From: Lingula anatina
Taxonomy: Eukaryota; Animalia; Brachiopoda
Length of the DNA: 64,000 bases
NCBI GenBank assembly: GCA_051362555.1
Contig: CM120640.1
Location: 68,736,788 to 68,800,787, forward strand
Direction: 5' to 3'
The position numbers were made by a program, and so were the translations under genes. Shown here piece by piece: positions 38,120-51,782 of the stretch; position 1 is the first letter of the stretch; each line of letters starts with the position of its first letter. The notes below the pieces were generated by a model. That model did not search any database. It worked only from the letters and a program-made list of their open reading frames with translations, and had not been told where the DNA came from.

Positions 38120-41100
38120 ATGGCAGTTGTGCAGACTGAAGAGGTGAGAAGGTGTGTGTGTGTGTGGTGGGGGGGGGGGGGGGTACAGCGATTCATATCT
38201 ATTTTTAGACAGAAGTGGACGATATTTTCACGAACCAACGACACCACTAAGAAATTGTCACAGCCACTGGAAGCTTGGGGTAGCAGAATACGTTACAACT
38301 CCTATTTTGTGTAATATCACGGGATCATACAGCGTATTTTAAAAGGTCTAGAATGTCTTTAAGACAGAGGGAATTGGGTTCACTAGTTTATTACTTAATT
38401 TTAATATTAAAAACTCAATGAAGCAACGCACCTGTTTTTAGATATAAGAGTTGACTGTGACAATTCTCAGGTGGTTATGCAGCTGACAGCCTGTGCCTTA
38501 GTACAGTGTATATATAGCTTTCAGCACATACCTGGGGCGCCCGGCATATACAAGTACATGCTTGAAAGAACAGGCCTGTGGGTCCCCCACATATATCTTT
38601 CCCATGACCATCCAGGTTTATTCATGTTGTATCGTACTGTGACGTTATTGGTAAAATTTGCCAATTTTCCAGCCTAAGTCTTATTTCCCAGTGCGACTCA
38701 AAGTAGTATATATTCAAACTGCATGCAGGGCCCACCAAACAATTGTGTTGTGGGTCCTAGATTTAAATAAAACATTTCTGTTTATCTCGAGTAACTTAAT
38801 ATGCCATATAAAGAAATCTGAAGCATAGACAGAACAAGTACATAGCTACCTGTAGGAGTAAAGTCACGCACTGCTTTTTTTTTTTTTTACTTTATGCAGT
38901 GTAGGCTCCGTCTCATTTGTAAAACTTTAGTGCTTTTTTTACAGTGACATAGTCTGTAACATTTTTATATTTCCTAACTTTCCGTTCACAGACCGAGGCA
39001 GAGGATGGACGTGCCACGTGGGGTGGAAAGTTTGAGTTTATATTGACATGTGTGGGGTATGCCGTGGGCCTTGGGAACGTATGGAGGTTTCCTTACCTGA
39101 CGTTCAGGAACGGGGGAGGTAAGTTCATGTAAAAAATTTTAATCTTGACGCCTTTTCCTTTTTCTTTCTTCTTTTTCTTGTTTCTGTATTTATTCATTTT
39201 TCTTGTTCCTTTTTCCTTTTCGCTTTCCGTTCCGTCAAATTTTAATGCACGTGGCAAAGGGACGTATTAAAAAACTGAAGATGATGACATCATTTAAAGT
39301 AACTGCAAAAAAACAATGAATGATAAATAAGTCTCGTCATACCATGGGTAGGTCATCTTTCTTTCTTAGAATAGAATTCGATCACATGTTACACCCCAAA
39401 ACCTAGATTTCACCTTTATTGCTGAAGTAATAGTTTTCACTTGTAGCCATCTTGACATTGTTATCAGTGTTACCAGGGTGTAAATTGCAATGTCAAAGAC
39501 TTAAGTCCATTAAACTAGCTGATTAATGCACATAAAGTGACGCGGTAATAAAAAACAAACAAACTCTTAAGGATGTCCTTTTAAAACCAAGGTATAGGGT
39601 ATTTAATATTATTGTGTGTTTACATTAGAATTAAATTTATTACAATCATTATACTGGGTTATTTGCACCATTTTTCTTAATTGCAAAAAGCAAATCTAAA
39701 ATTTCAGGAGCGTTCCTTCTGCCTTACATCATAATGCTGGTGTTTGTTGGCCTTCCCCTGTTCTTTCTGGAGCTGGCTTTCGGTCAGTTTGCCAGCTTGG
39801 GACCAATAACTATATGGAGAATTAACATTTTGTTCAAGGGTAAGTATCTGCCTTTTCAAAAAAATGTATTCTAAAAAATCTTCTCATGGCATGCACATAG
39901 ACCGGTAGATCTCTACAACATTTATATTGTAGACTGTTCTTTAGCCTGTACGTCCGTTGTGATAGAATGATTGGCAGCTGCGTTAAATATAGCGAGAGAA
40001 ACAAGACAAGACCAAGCAATCTTTCCATCCAGGGAAAAACACCTCTGCGCCCCTTCCCAATAATACAAAGTAGGATGGATTTAATATTATTGTGATGGGC
40101 CACGTTTGAATAAAAGACCCCCCTCTTGTATATTCTTCTCATTGCATTAAATCGCTACATATATATTACACTGAATGGGTTTATCACTGTGACATTAGGC
40201 CTGGGCTTTGCGATGGTGTCCGTGTCTTGGATGATTGGTCTCTACTACAATGTGGTCATCTCTCACGTGCTGGTTTTCCTCATCTCCTCCATGACCGCTG
40301 AGCTCCCCTGGACCACCTGCCAGAAGTACTGGAACACGCCCTCTTGTGTCGAGGACCCCAAAAATAAAACAGGTATTAACTTTGAGCAAATGTAAGCAAA
40401 ATCATATTTCAAAAACATATTTGAAATGGTGACTGTTGTCTTTGCCAACACAGAGGAATGTAGGGTTGTGAGAACAGAGCCTTAAAGACTGGCGCTCAGT
40501 CGATCGTCTCCATCTGAACGAAAATGTCCTTGTATCGCTTAATCGTGACCAAATTATCTTTTTTTAAATCAAATAAAAATAAAAACCTATTAAAATCCAT
40601 ATTGGAATACAGTTATAATAATTTGACTTCAATTATTCAGTCTGTGTGTAATCATTGTTTTATTTCAGCTCTAGCCATCGCTGTGAACTTTACTGGGCGC
40701 AGCACCACGCCAAGTGAAGAATATTACGAGTGAGTACCTTTTTATTCTTCATTTTATGCATGAAAACCAACCGATGCTACACACAAGTTGTCATTAGTGA
40801 CATTTATAAACAATCTTTAGATATTGAAAATCCCAAATATTCCTTTGACTCAAATCAAAATGTTTTTTTTTTAAATCAGTTATATGGATTTTATCTGACA
40901 TAATCTATTTTACTGACACAAGGCCATTTAGATAAGCTTTATTACAGATGAATATTGATTTTATTAAATTGACATTTTTATTAATGCAACAACTTCTATT
41001 TTTCTTTATAATACATCTATTTCAGTAACTTTGTGCTGGAAGTCACCTCCGGTATTGACGAGCCCGGGGGTATGAACTGGCGTGTACCGGTGGCGCTCTT

Positions 41101-44100
41101 TGTAGCCTGGGTCATTGTGTTATTATGTCTACTGAAGGGCATACAAACCCTAGGGAAGGTACATGTTTTAATTACAATTTAGGTTTTTACCTAGTATATA
41201 TGCAATGATCTATCACGCGCACAGTAAAACAATTTTCAAAACAACATCGAAATATGTCCAATTTCTCAGCATAATGCTTTTATACATTTGGGTTTACTAA
41301 AATCGCTGGTTGCTTTGTCTGTTAGTAGTACATCTTGATACTGACAACATTTTCCACAGGTTGCCTACTTTACCGCGATCTTCCCCTACATAATGCTGAC
41401 CATACTTTTGGTACGCGGGCTTACACTAGATGGCGCTGTGGACGGAATTACATTTTACCTCAAACCAGACTTCTCCAAACTGGCAGATTCTAGGGTAAGA
41501 AAGACATTTCCAAATCAGTTTTTAATAAAGTGACATTTTTATTGTAGAAAAGCGTACAAAGGCAACTTCAGGACCACTTACATTTTTATTCAAGTTCCAA
41601 CCAATACAGCACAAAAAAACTTATTCACATTTTACTTTTTTTTTTAGGTGTGGAGTGACGCAGCTACGCAGATCTTCTTTTCTCTCAGTGCCTGTTCTGG
41701 CGGGCTGATAGCCATGTCCAGTTACAACGACTTTAAAAACAACTGTCTCAGGTGCGTGGTAAGGGGGCGGGGTGTTCATTCTGTAAACTCGTTTTTCTCC
41801 CATCTCAGCTGCCACTGTTTTTGCTACGTTTACTAATCAATTTTAGTTTTGTGTTGATTTAGAGGTATCTATCTATTTGTCATCTGTCTAAAGTAGATTA
41901 TTCAGCAACATTTGAAAAAAGACACCAACAGTCCAAGTTTATATAAATGCTGCCTATTTCCCTTATTAACCAGTTTTGAAATAAAACGATAAACTTCATT
42001 ACAGGGATTCTATAATTGTTGCGACTATTAACTGCGCCACGAGTGTTTACGCTGGTTTTGTCATTTTCTCCGTCCTTGGTAATATAGCTTATAACAAAGG
42101 TGTGCTAGTTGAAGACGTTGTAGCTGGAGGTGAGTACTGATTCATTACAAGTCTCAACAGATACTTTAAAAATTGCCTGGCACCTGTGTAATACGCACCT
42201 TAGAGTTTGGATGAAAAAAAAAAAACACCACTTGGTATTGAAGCTTAAACATAGCGTATGTATTTATTTCAAATATTAAAAATCCTAATATGAGTAAACG
42301 TTACCCAAAACCAAGAGACTTAAATTTTAGGCTTTGTAAGTTAGATCAATAACTATAAGTAGCTACCCCAGAGGGCTGAAAGTGCTTCCCCTCATCTTCT
42401 CTGCTTCAGTGTGTATGTTCATGCATCGCCAGTTATTTGAAGTGGCGTTTATACAAAAGAGAGAAGAAAGGATGGCGGGGAAATATATCTTATTGATCTG
42501 TTTTTATCTGTTCTTAGGTCCAGGCTTAGCATTTGTAGCATACCCAGAGGCCATAGCAAGAATGCCTCTGTCACCACTGTGGGCAATCCTTTTCTTTATC
42601 ATGATGGCGACATTGGGTTTCGGCTCCCAGGTAGGTTGCTGACCGTTTGTTTCTTACCATACTGCTCAAAACAGAGTCGATCTGTGATTTTTGTAGACGA
42701 TATACGTTTTGTTCTTTTTGTTACAGTTAATATTTATTTGGTTTCAAATTTGATTATTGTAAATTGCGCTGTCATGTTAAAAAGGAGTAGATTTGAATTT
42801 TTAACTTGAAATACGTCATAACCTGTAGGTTTTGTTTTAGCTGTCCACAGTCGAATGTGTCCTCAGCGCGTTAACTGACGAGTATGCAGACTGGCTTCGT
42901 CCACGAAAGAATAACATCATCTTCCGAGCTGTGTTTTGTTTCGTGTGCTTTTTACTGGGACTTCCAATGGCTACAAGGGTATGGTCAGTGAATATGTAAA
43001 TGGAAGAGAGGAATTTTTTGGATGTTAAAAAAATATGGTTTATGTCTACTGGGTAGGGCCAAATATAAGCCCTCCACACAAAGTTAACAAAATGCACCAG
43101 TTAATGCTCCTTTTAAAATTTTCTACCCCCTATAATAAAAAGTGTGGTTAACATTACAGAATATTTAAGCTGTCATTTTTTGTTAGATTCGATATTTATA
43201 TTATTTAGGGTGGCATATACATGCTGAATTTATTGGACTACAGTGTCAGTGGATTTCCGTTGTTGGTGGTCGGTTTTACTGAAGTGGTAGTGCTTAATTG
43301 GATATATGGTAAGGGTAACTTGTACGAGTTTACATGCAGTACCACTTGTAAACCCACTAGATGATTTTTTTACTCTGTTCGCTATTCCTGTGTAATAACT
43401 TCCGAATAATTCCAACATTCAAATCAAGACCAATGTCCATTTTTTTTTCTTTTTCCGATTGAATTTGTGTTCCTATAATGGATGAAAATTCACAGTAGAC
43501 AAGGAATGGCATACACAGCCTAAAGTTGTCCGTCCGCCGTCCGGGAAAATTGACTTTTATCTTTTCGATACTTCTTCACAGCTTCAACAGATAAGTCGTT
43601 ATTGGAATAATTGACAGTTTTGTACTCATCACGTGTGTTCATTTGTGTACGTTTATTTTTCAGGCTACGATCAGTTTTCCACGGACATTGAAATGATGTT
43701 AGGAAGAAAGCCAAATATTTACTGGAAAGTCTGCTGGATCGTGTTAACACCTGTGATCATTTTCGTATGTATTTAAAAATGAAAAATAGACAGCGCCACA
43801 GACTCGTATAGACCTAAATCAGTTTAGATAAAAAGGCACGCCTCAGAACGACACAATAGAATTTACTAATTGGATATATGTTTGACGTTGCCAACAACAT
43901 GAAACAACAAAAAGTTTGTAACTAGGACTACTGTTACCAAGACTTTCAGCTTGCATCAAAACCACGGAATTCCATATTAATGTATTTTTATGTGGTCGCT
44001 CATATGTAGTTAAGTAAACATACAGAAATCTTTGTCGATTAATTAACACATTTGGCCGCCCATACACCACACTCGAATAATGAATGATATTATCCATAAT

Positions 44101-45051
44101 TTTTTCCTGATTTTTTTTCCCAATTGTAATCCGTGATTTGTTTTGATGCTTGACTTCTTTTTACATTAATTCAATATTGGGTGTTTTTGTTTTCAGGTAA
44201 CCATTATTTTCAACTTTGTTCTGTACAAAAACCCCACGTATAACACGTACCAGTACCCTGGGTGGGCGGTGGCCCTGGGCTGGTTGATATCCCTGTGGCC
44301 GACACTCATGATCCCTGTTTGGTGGATGTATAGGTTTTGTAAAGATGGTGGATGGGAAGTAAGTAAAACTTTAGCCACAGGTGTGATAATTCTGTATGTT
44401 TACGAGTATTTTAAGGCTTTATTAAACATCGTTAAGTGTTATTCAGTTATTGTTTCTTAAGTAAAATATAACCCGAAAAAGCAGAAAGCAAAAACTATGA
44501 AAGTCATTTTGAAAATATTAGACACCTTTCTTTAGGTGAAATTATAATCACTTTTTTCCGTCCTGAAAATTTCACCAACATTTGTGAAGATCTTTTTGAG
44601 ATATTTTACCCACCACCTAACACACAAGCTTTCGCCAACGAAAGCATAAAAACTTCGTTAACATATGTCATGATGTGGTAATCATAGATTTACGTACTGT
44701 GTGTTCAGTTCAGTTCAGTTCATAAATAAAAGTAAAAAGCGTACGTGTCAATTCTTGATAAAATGATAAAACCTATGCTGCTGGTAAAACGTTCTATTGG
44801 GTATATTTCAGTTTACAAAAGAGGTGATGCGCCCGTTACCGGACTGGGGGCCGGCTAGCGAGGGGTTACGGAAAGAGTACTATGGCCAGATGGAGGCAGG
44901 GGAGGAGAATTTAGGGTATTCATCGTCCTCTCTTTGGAGCAGACCACAGACAGGCGGCTCCATAAGCACGCTGGGTCAGGGTTCTACTGCGGCACCCAGT
45001 ACAGCAGCCAGCACGCTGTCGGACATGAAGAGATCAGAAACGTCCGTTTAA
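38120..45051 (+). CDS. SLC6 Na+/Cl--dependent amino-acid transporter; approximate exons 38120-38143, 38992-39118, 39708-39839, 40199-40372, 40670-40729, 41026-41158, 41360-41494, 41648-41751, 42005-42129, 42518-42630, 42841-42978, 43209-43308, 43664-43764, 44197-44358, 44812-45051
   Basis: [57 protein letters not shown] and [14 protein letters not shown]1 has Gly rather than Asp, so it is amino-acid rather than monoamine type. Confidence 0.95.
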
Positions 45052-45392
45052 ATATATAAAATGTAGATGTTTCTGTAGAATCTTAATAAACCAGTGTTGA
45101 GGTCCACATGTATTATAAATTGTGATTCAGATTCATTACATTTGCTTAATAGTGGATGGAAACCACCGCATTGCCCTACCCCAACTGCACGATTTTCTTT
45201 TTAACATTATTTTTACTAACATGATATACGTATAACATACCATTTTTTAAAAACTTTATACTTCATCAAAATATGTGAAACACATACAGATAAGCAATTC
45301 GAACTTTCAACATAATTGGTACATGTAGGCATATGTTTCTTCTTAATCGCCTCCTCCTGTCTCATATCCATTGTACACTTCTACATGTAAAA

Positions 45393-45661
45393 GCGCATTC
45401 AGCACAGATGATCCGCGGACAAACTGATCTGCCGACTAAATATGGCCGACCCCGCTTAAAAGCAAGCCGCTAAATTCCCTGATGCTCTCCCCGCCTCCAC
45501 ACGTGCCATTAAACGGATTAAATCTCGGTTCCGAGGTTTAGTTGCTACGCCTTTACAGCGACAGCGCGTGTGGAGGAGGGGAGACCATCAGGGGATTAGC
45601 GTTATCGCTTTGCGTTGGTCAGCCATATTTAGTCCGCGGATCAACTTGTTCTGAATGCTCT
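45393..45661. mobile_element. About 270-bp foldback MITE between the convergent SLC6 and NC-domain genes
   Basis: Imperfect inverted arms GCATTCAG..TGATCCGCGGAC..ACTAAATATGGC / GCCATATTTAGTCCGCGGATCA..CTGAATGC, plus inner pairs CCCTGATG/CATCAGGG and CTCCACACG/CGTGTGGAG. Confidence 0.75.
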
Positions 45662-46012
45662 CTAAGATAATGTAGACAGACAGACGGACAGACAGACAGC
45701 CAATGGCTTGCAAATGTGATAAGCATGATACAGCTGTAAACTAGTTTATTATTTTTATTGTTAATACATTAAACAGTTTTATATCGTTTTCACTCATGTT
45801 TATTTCTCATTTGTCACATACATGTGTTGCTCAGCCTTAAAACCATCTCTGTTCTCTGAAAAATCAAAATATTTACTGTTCTCTCACTTGGTCATTACGT
45901 ATTGAACTTCAAACTTAGTAATGTTTACAAATTTTGACATCTTCAATAATAAATTTAACCCCGTGAAATTAAATCCTATCATCATGACAAATGTATCTTT
46001 TCCCAATGTCTT

Positions 46013-47444
46013 TTACTCTACAACGTATATTTTCTCGTCATTTCGCATGCCCGGGCGGTTATTGGTGAAAACTGGTGTATGTCCGTCTTCGCTCGGGGTC
46101 ACCCACTCCTCTACCGCAGTCCACAGCCCCTGCAGCCAGCGGTTTACCAACCTACTGAACGTAGTCTCGTGAGATTTACAATCAGCGCTTCGCAACAGTC
46201 GCGCTAGGCGAGTGGCAAATAAATGGCAATTGTTGGTAATCAAGTGATATTCTCCGAATTTCGACTTGTAGGATGCTGCGAAGTCTTTGGCGACGTCACT
46301 GCTACAGTTGCTCCTTCCTGACGGCTTAGCCTCCCACTGAACGGCGCAGTCCGGAGACGCAGGAGACTTGCCATGCGAGTGCCCGTCTTCACTAACTCCC
46401 CATTCGAAGACTAGGCCTCGGTAGTAGAGCAAGCGGTGTGCATACCGTATGGGAACACGGAACTCGGGGTCCGGCTTCACCACGGAGCGTTTGGTCTTTA
46501 AGTCCAAGACGCAATTCAACGACTGAACTCCAAACCAGAATCCGTCTGGGTATTCTAGGATTAATGATAACATTGCGTACATGAAACGCTATGAATAAAA
46601 TCCATGTGTACTTATCTGTGTTTGTGCATGTGCGTGCGTGTGTGTGTGTGCGTGTGTGTGAGAGAGAGGGAGTATTTATGTGAGGAAGCATAAGATGTTG
46701 TTTTATACGTGAATATCGATTTTTTTAATGAAATGTGATCAAAGATACTTTACCACGTGCACCAAGCATCAATGCAACATCTAGCTAACATCACTAAAGC
46801 ATGTCTTGTTTGGTGTGGTTCATAACTTATTAAGAAAAAAAAAACAATGAGTGGAAGCAAGTGGATACATCCTTGTTTACCAAAAAGCAAATCTTTTTTT
46901 TTTTTTTTTCAATGTTTACTGTTCACAAATACAATTATTTTTATCTTGCTATCATTTTGTATTTCAAATATCGCTAGAATCCATTATATTATAATTATCA
47001 TTATTAAAATTTGTGATTTAGTCTTTTTAATTATATGTTGTTCAACAAAACTGAGACGCAGAAGAACATGCCAAAATACGTTTCTGACCTTGGCTGTTAC
47101 TTGGAATCGTTTCACTCTGAATGGTATTCACAGTGACCAGTAAAACGAAGACCTACAAAGGGAATATCAATTGAACGTAATATAGTTTTCATTAACTCCG
47201 TGAAACAATTCAATTTTCACCAAATTTCTAAAAACCATATGCTAAAAATCAAGTAAAATAAGACGATAAGATAAGAACATGTCTCAGACTTTGTGACACC
47301 TCTTATTTACTTCCTCGGTTTGGGCTTCGACTGCGATTCTATGAACTACTTTGGAGATAGATCTAGAGGTTTCAGGCTTAGTCGCACGACAATTAGTAAA
47401 AGGACATGCCTTTTTAAATTGCTTACCGTAATAACGATTTCCAT
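46013..47444 (-). CDS. Putatively secreted permuted papain-like (LRAT/PPPDE-type NlpC/P60) protein; exons 47427-47444, 47089-47152, 46013-46554
   Basis: Spliced MEIVITVFVLLVTVNTIQSET...; YAHRLLYYRGLVFEWG (His strand) precedes YHLITNNCHLFA, the Y-x-L-x-x-x-N-C-x-x-F motif of LRAT/DeSI families. Splice phases 0 and 1 fit. Confidence 0.78.
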
Positions 47445-48207
47445 TTTGGCTTACTCCTACTGTGTAACTTTGAAAATTGCTTGAGACACTGAGCGTCTTA
47501 CTTTACACAGCGCACTGGAAATTCACAAGGCAGAAGTTGAACCGGCAAATCTTTCTTTTCTTTTGTTTTCATTGGCTCACTTCAAAATTTGAAGAAAAAC
47601 ATCCTTATTTTGTTTATTAGTAAGTATGGGCATATGTACGTGTCAGCGTATCGGATTGCCAAAACCGTTCCTGAATGCTGTCGAGTTGGAGAAGAGTGCA
47701 GTTTTGGGATGGGCGGGAGTGTATCCTGAACGAAAAACACTGCAGGCATGTGTTTTAGTAAAAATACCAAAACATATAATAATGGAATGATTTAAAAATT
47801 GATTCTTAGCGGTACAGGTGTTGTTCTTTTTGTGTTTAGTTTCTAGGCACAACACGTATTTCTACAGCTATATGTGTGGAAATACATATTAAATATAAAT
47901 GAATGGTACGTAAGGGGTTGCAGTGGAATTTTTTAAAATATATTTTGACAACACTGTCGTTTTTTAAAATAAGTAAAACAATGTTTTGAAATAAATATGC
48001 CTAACAGGAATAATTAAGAATAATTCAAGCATCATAAGCTATCTTTCTACAGCCCTGGTCCTCGATTGACGGGGAAATAAAATCAATTTTAAGCTCTAAT
48101 ATAAAGCCTTTATCATCAGTGTCTTTTTGGTGGTTGTTTGTGGAGTTTACCTACTTGCGTAAACTGGGGTGTAGATACTATTATAGCAGACAAGACTATC
48201 CAATTGT

Positions 48208-50250
48208 AAACTAGAGGATCAGAGAGGCGATACCGCCTCCAGATATTGTACCACCAGCTGGAGTAAGCGCATTCGTATGGACCCCCCCCCCCCTCCTAAA
48301 AGGGACACCATCACCAGTCTGGTGTTTGACAAGCTCTATAAGATGCAATCAACAAGAGTTCTCAAAATATGCAAAAAATATAACTAAAAATGATACAATC
48401 AAGCAGATTTTCAAATTGACTTGCATTTTCCTACCCTTGCTCACTACTGTATTCTCTAGACAAAAGGCCTATTGGTTTTCCTTGAAATGTGTTGTCAATG
48501 GTGCATATATGCTGACAAAAGAGAAAACCTAGGGGAAACAATGGGCACATCTCTGCTAGATTTAAAGATATGAGAGGCAAGAAAATATGCAAAGCTCAGT
48601 TCATGGTGAAAAAGTAGGTCAAAGGTCAATTTCAATATCATAGTATATGAATTTCTATTCAAGTTCAATAGCAACCATGGACATTTCTTTGCCAATTTTG
48701 CAGATTTAAAGGCCAGAAAACATGCAAAAAGCAGTTCATCATAAAAAGTAGGTCAAAGGTCAATTTCAAGGTCACAGATTGCTAGTGTATTACTTCCTAT
48801 TCAAGTTCAATAGTAACTATGGACCTATCTGTCAGTTTTGAAGATAAAGGTGAACGAAAATTTGCTAAGTTCAGTTCATAGTAAAAGGAAGGTCAAAGGT
48901 CAATTTAAAGGTCACAGTAAATTGCCAGTTCATGACTTCCTATTTAAGTTCAATAGTAACTATGGACCTATCTCTGCCAGTTTTGGAGATTAAAGGGAAC
49001 AAAAATTGGCAAAGTTCAATTCATGGTGAAAAGTAGGTCAAAGGTCAATTTTAAGGTCACTGATTAATTGCCAGTATGTGACTTCCTATTCAAGTTTAAT
49101 AGTGACTATGGACCTATCTCTGCCAGTTTTGGAGATTAAAGGGAACAAAAATTGGCAAAGTTCAATTCATGGTGAAAAGTAGGTCAAAGGTCAATTTTAA
49201 GGTCACTGTTAAATTGCCAGTATGTGACTTCCTATTCAAGTTCAATAGTAACTATTGACCTATCTCTGCCAGTTTTGGAGATAAAAGGGAACAAAAATTT
49301 GCAAAGTTCAGTTCATGGTGAAAAGTAGGTCAAAGGTCAATTTCAAGCTCACATCTAGATTGCAAGTAAATGACTTCCTATTCAACTTAAATAATAACTA
49401 TTGACCTATCTCTGCCAGTTTTGGAGATATAAGGGACTAAATGTTACAATTCTGAGTTACAAAAATGTGCCACCACAAAGTACTTTTTAATACAGCATAA
49501 CACGAAAACCGTATGAAATACAAAAAAACGGAGACCACTCTCAGTGTTGGGCTTTACATGCTCTACAAAATGCAAAAAAGAACGGGTCGCTAGCATTAAC
49601 GGTTCCCGAATTAGAGACAGTTTTCATTTTCGGTATTTTATGGCCGCTACTCCTGTGAAAATGCACCGATTGACCCCAAATTCACAGAGATGAAAGATGA
49701 CCCAAAGGGTAACACTTTCCAATATAATTATTGGTTAAGTCTGTGTAGTGTCTGAATAACAGTGCAAATAATATTTTTTTTCGAAAAAAATTTCATTTTT
49801 TTGAAAATTTTGGCCCGTTTGACCTTGAAATAAAGGTCAAAGGTCAAATCCAAGGGCATATTTGAAATCTACACATATGACTTTTGGAAAGCCGTCTGTA
49901 GAAAATTTTCCCATAATTCCTTCCGTAGGGTAGATAATTGGCATTGAATTTTCAAAAATTTTGACAAGGGTGCATTTCAAGGAGCGTCACGCCCAGGTCA
50001 ATGTACCGACTGAGACAAAAAAACCTGGGGGTTCAAGTTGAGGTTATATGTGACCTAAATCCAAGAGATGGGGACAGGGGTCCTTGCGGTCTAGGAGGAG
50101 AAGCGGTAACGGTGACTTGTATCCGGCGCCAGTACGCGGAGCCGGCGGAGCTTACGGAGCCGGCGGAGCCAACGGAGCCGGCGGAGCCGGACGAGACGGG
50201 TCGGGACTAAAACCATGAGTACCGCCAGCGTACACGCTGGTGGTACTAAT
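48208..50250 (-). mobile_element. Non-autonomous Helitron/Helentron-like element, copy 1, with internal 134-146-bp tandem units
   Basis: On the minus strand it ends hairpin GAGGCG-gtat-CGCCTC + 9 nt + CTAG|T. The other end has hairpin AGTACCGCCAGCGT-ac-ACGCTGGTGGTACT. No TSD. Near-identical second copy at 53742-55735. Confidence 0.8.
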
Positions 50251-51782
50251 TACTGGTATACTTCTTTTGAAAATAAAAACGTAAAAATAAACACTGTGAA
50301 TGCAGTCAATGAATCTACCAATTGTTTAAAGTAACAAAAACGTTCGCATTACTGTATAATGCATACACACTTTTATTAAAAGAATTTGAAACATGACAAA
50401 ATAATGGTTTGTAAATACTGAATCAGTTTAATAAAGGTACAATGTATCTTTCAACTACAATGGAATTTAACATTTTCAAATAGGTATACACACACAAACA
50501 CTCTCACTGTATATATATAAATTGAAAAGTATGAATCTATTATAATTTATCAGGAATATCCCCCTACCTCCTGTGATGGATAACATACTGAGAATGAACA
50601 AAGACAGTGATTTTGAGAAAATTTATAAATGCCTGCCTTCAATAAAAATTTATCCCCTTGTAGATGTTGGGTATACGGATACTCTCATTCTTCCATGTAT
50701 CCCATTAAGGAATGAATTATCACTTTTAATTGTTTCACCACTACCCCCTGACATTAATAAGCATCTGAATCTGAATCATCGAATCTGGCTTTCTTTTCTA
50801 GTTCATTAATTATTATTTACTTAACCTGATATTCACGAAACTTACTAATAAAATCAAATGAAATGCAGATTAATTGACTTAAAGAAAAAAATTAATAAAT
50901 TGTAGTATTTGTTTGATTAAAAACTGACATTTAAAGGCAAATTTATATCTATGGCATCTAATAATTGAAGGTTTCCTCTAAGGTCTGTTTAAGGGCATAA
51001 GTGAGCTTCCGAATTCTTGTAATTGTTAACCAATACTTTTCGTTTTCTTTTTCATATTTAGTAAATTTTCAAGAAATATATAAATGTCTCAAATAGATGA
51101 CTCAAAAGCAAGGTATTTTCTTTTCTGGAAAGCGGGGAGTTGTCTTGGGGGGAACTGTGGAAATGTCTTAGAATCAACAATATCCCCATATTAACTTCTA
51201 AATGTTCATTTACATCATGTTCCTAGAACTATATGTAAATCATACATAAAACATAATTCTCTGCAAAATAAACCACTTCAAAACAGGTACATATACTGGT
51301 GCAAAAAAAAGGTCTAATTTACAGAATGAGCAGAATGAATGAGCAGAATGTTAACTTAATAAAGAATATAAAATGTGTAAAATATTAAAGCTACTATCAA
51401 GTAAATCAAAAATTAATAAGAATATACAAGTGACATTCTTTATATTCAATGATAAATATAGTATTTAACTTTTTAATGTATCATCTGTAAGGACATCAAC
51501 ATATCAAGCTTTCATCAAAATTGTCTTACTAGGATGCAACCAGTGACTGAAAATCATAATATAAAATGTAAGTTGTCCAAAATAAAATTATAATAATAAC
51601 TTGTTCTCAATAAAACAAGAAAGGCTGCATTTATCCATTGAAAGGTGAAGTCTCTTGGTCTAATCAGAATCAAATGAATTGATGCACGTGCATCTGTTCA
51701 TCTGTTAAATTTAGTTTCAGTGGTGATCACTGATTGTCTTGTGTCTCTCACAAAAATTCACCTAAATATTCCAAACTCCTCA

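Noticed and set aside
48326-48695. Duplicated short ORFs (also 53811-54225) and the EPAE-repeat ORF at 50001-50210
   Set aside because: They lie inside the repeated non-autonomous element, have no recognisable domain, and the EPAE repeat is a 9-bp microsatellite that differs between copies.
48590-49430. Regularly spaced repeats resembling a CRISPR array
   Set aside because: The whole unit is repeated with no unique spacers, the context is eukaryotic and there are no cas genes.
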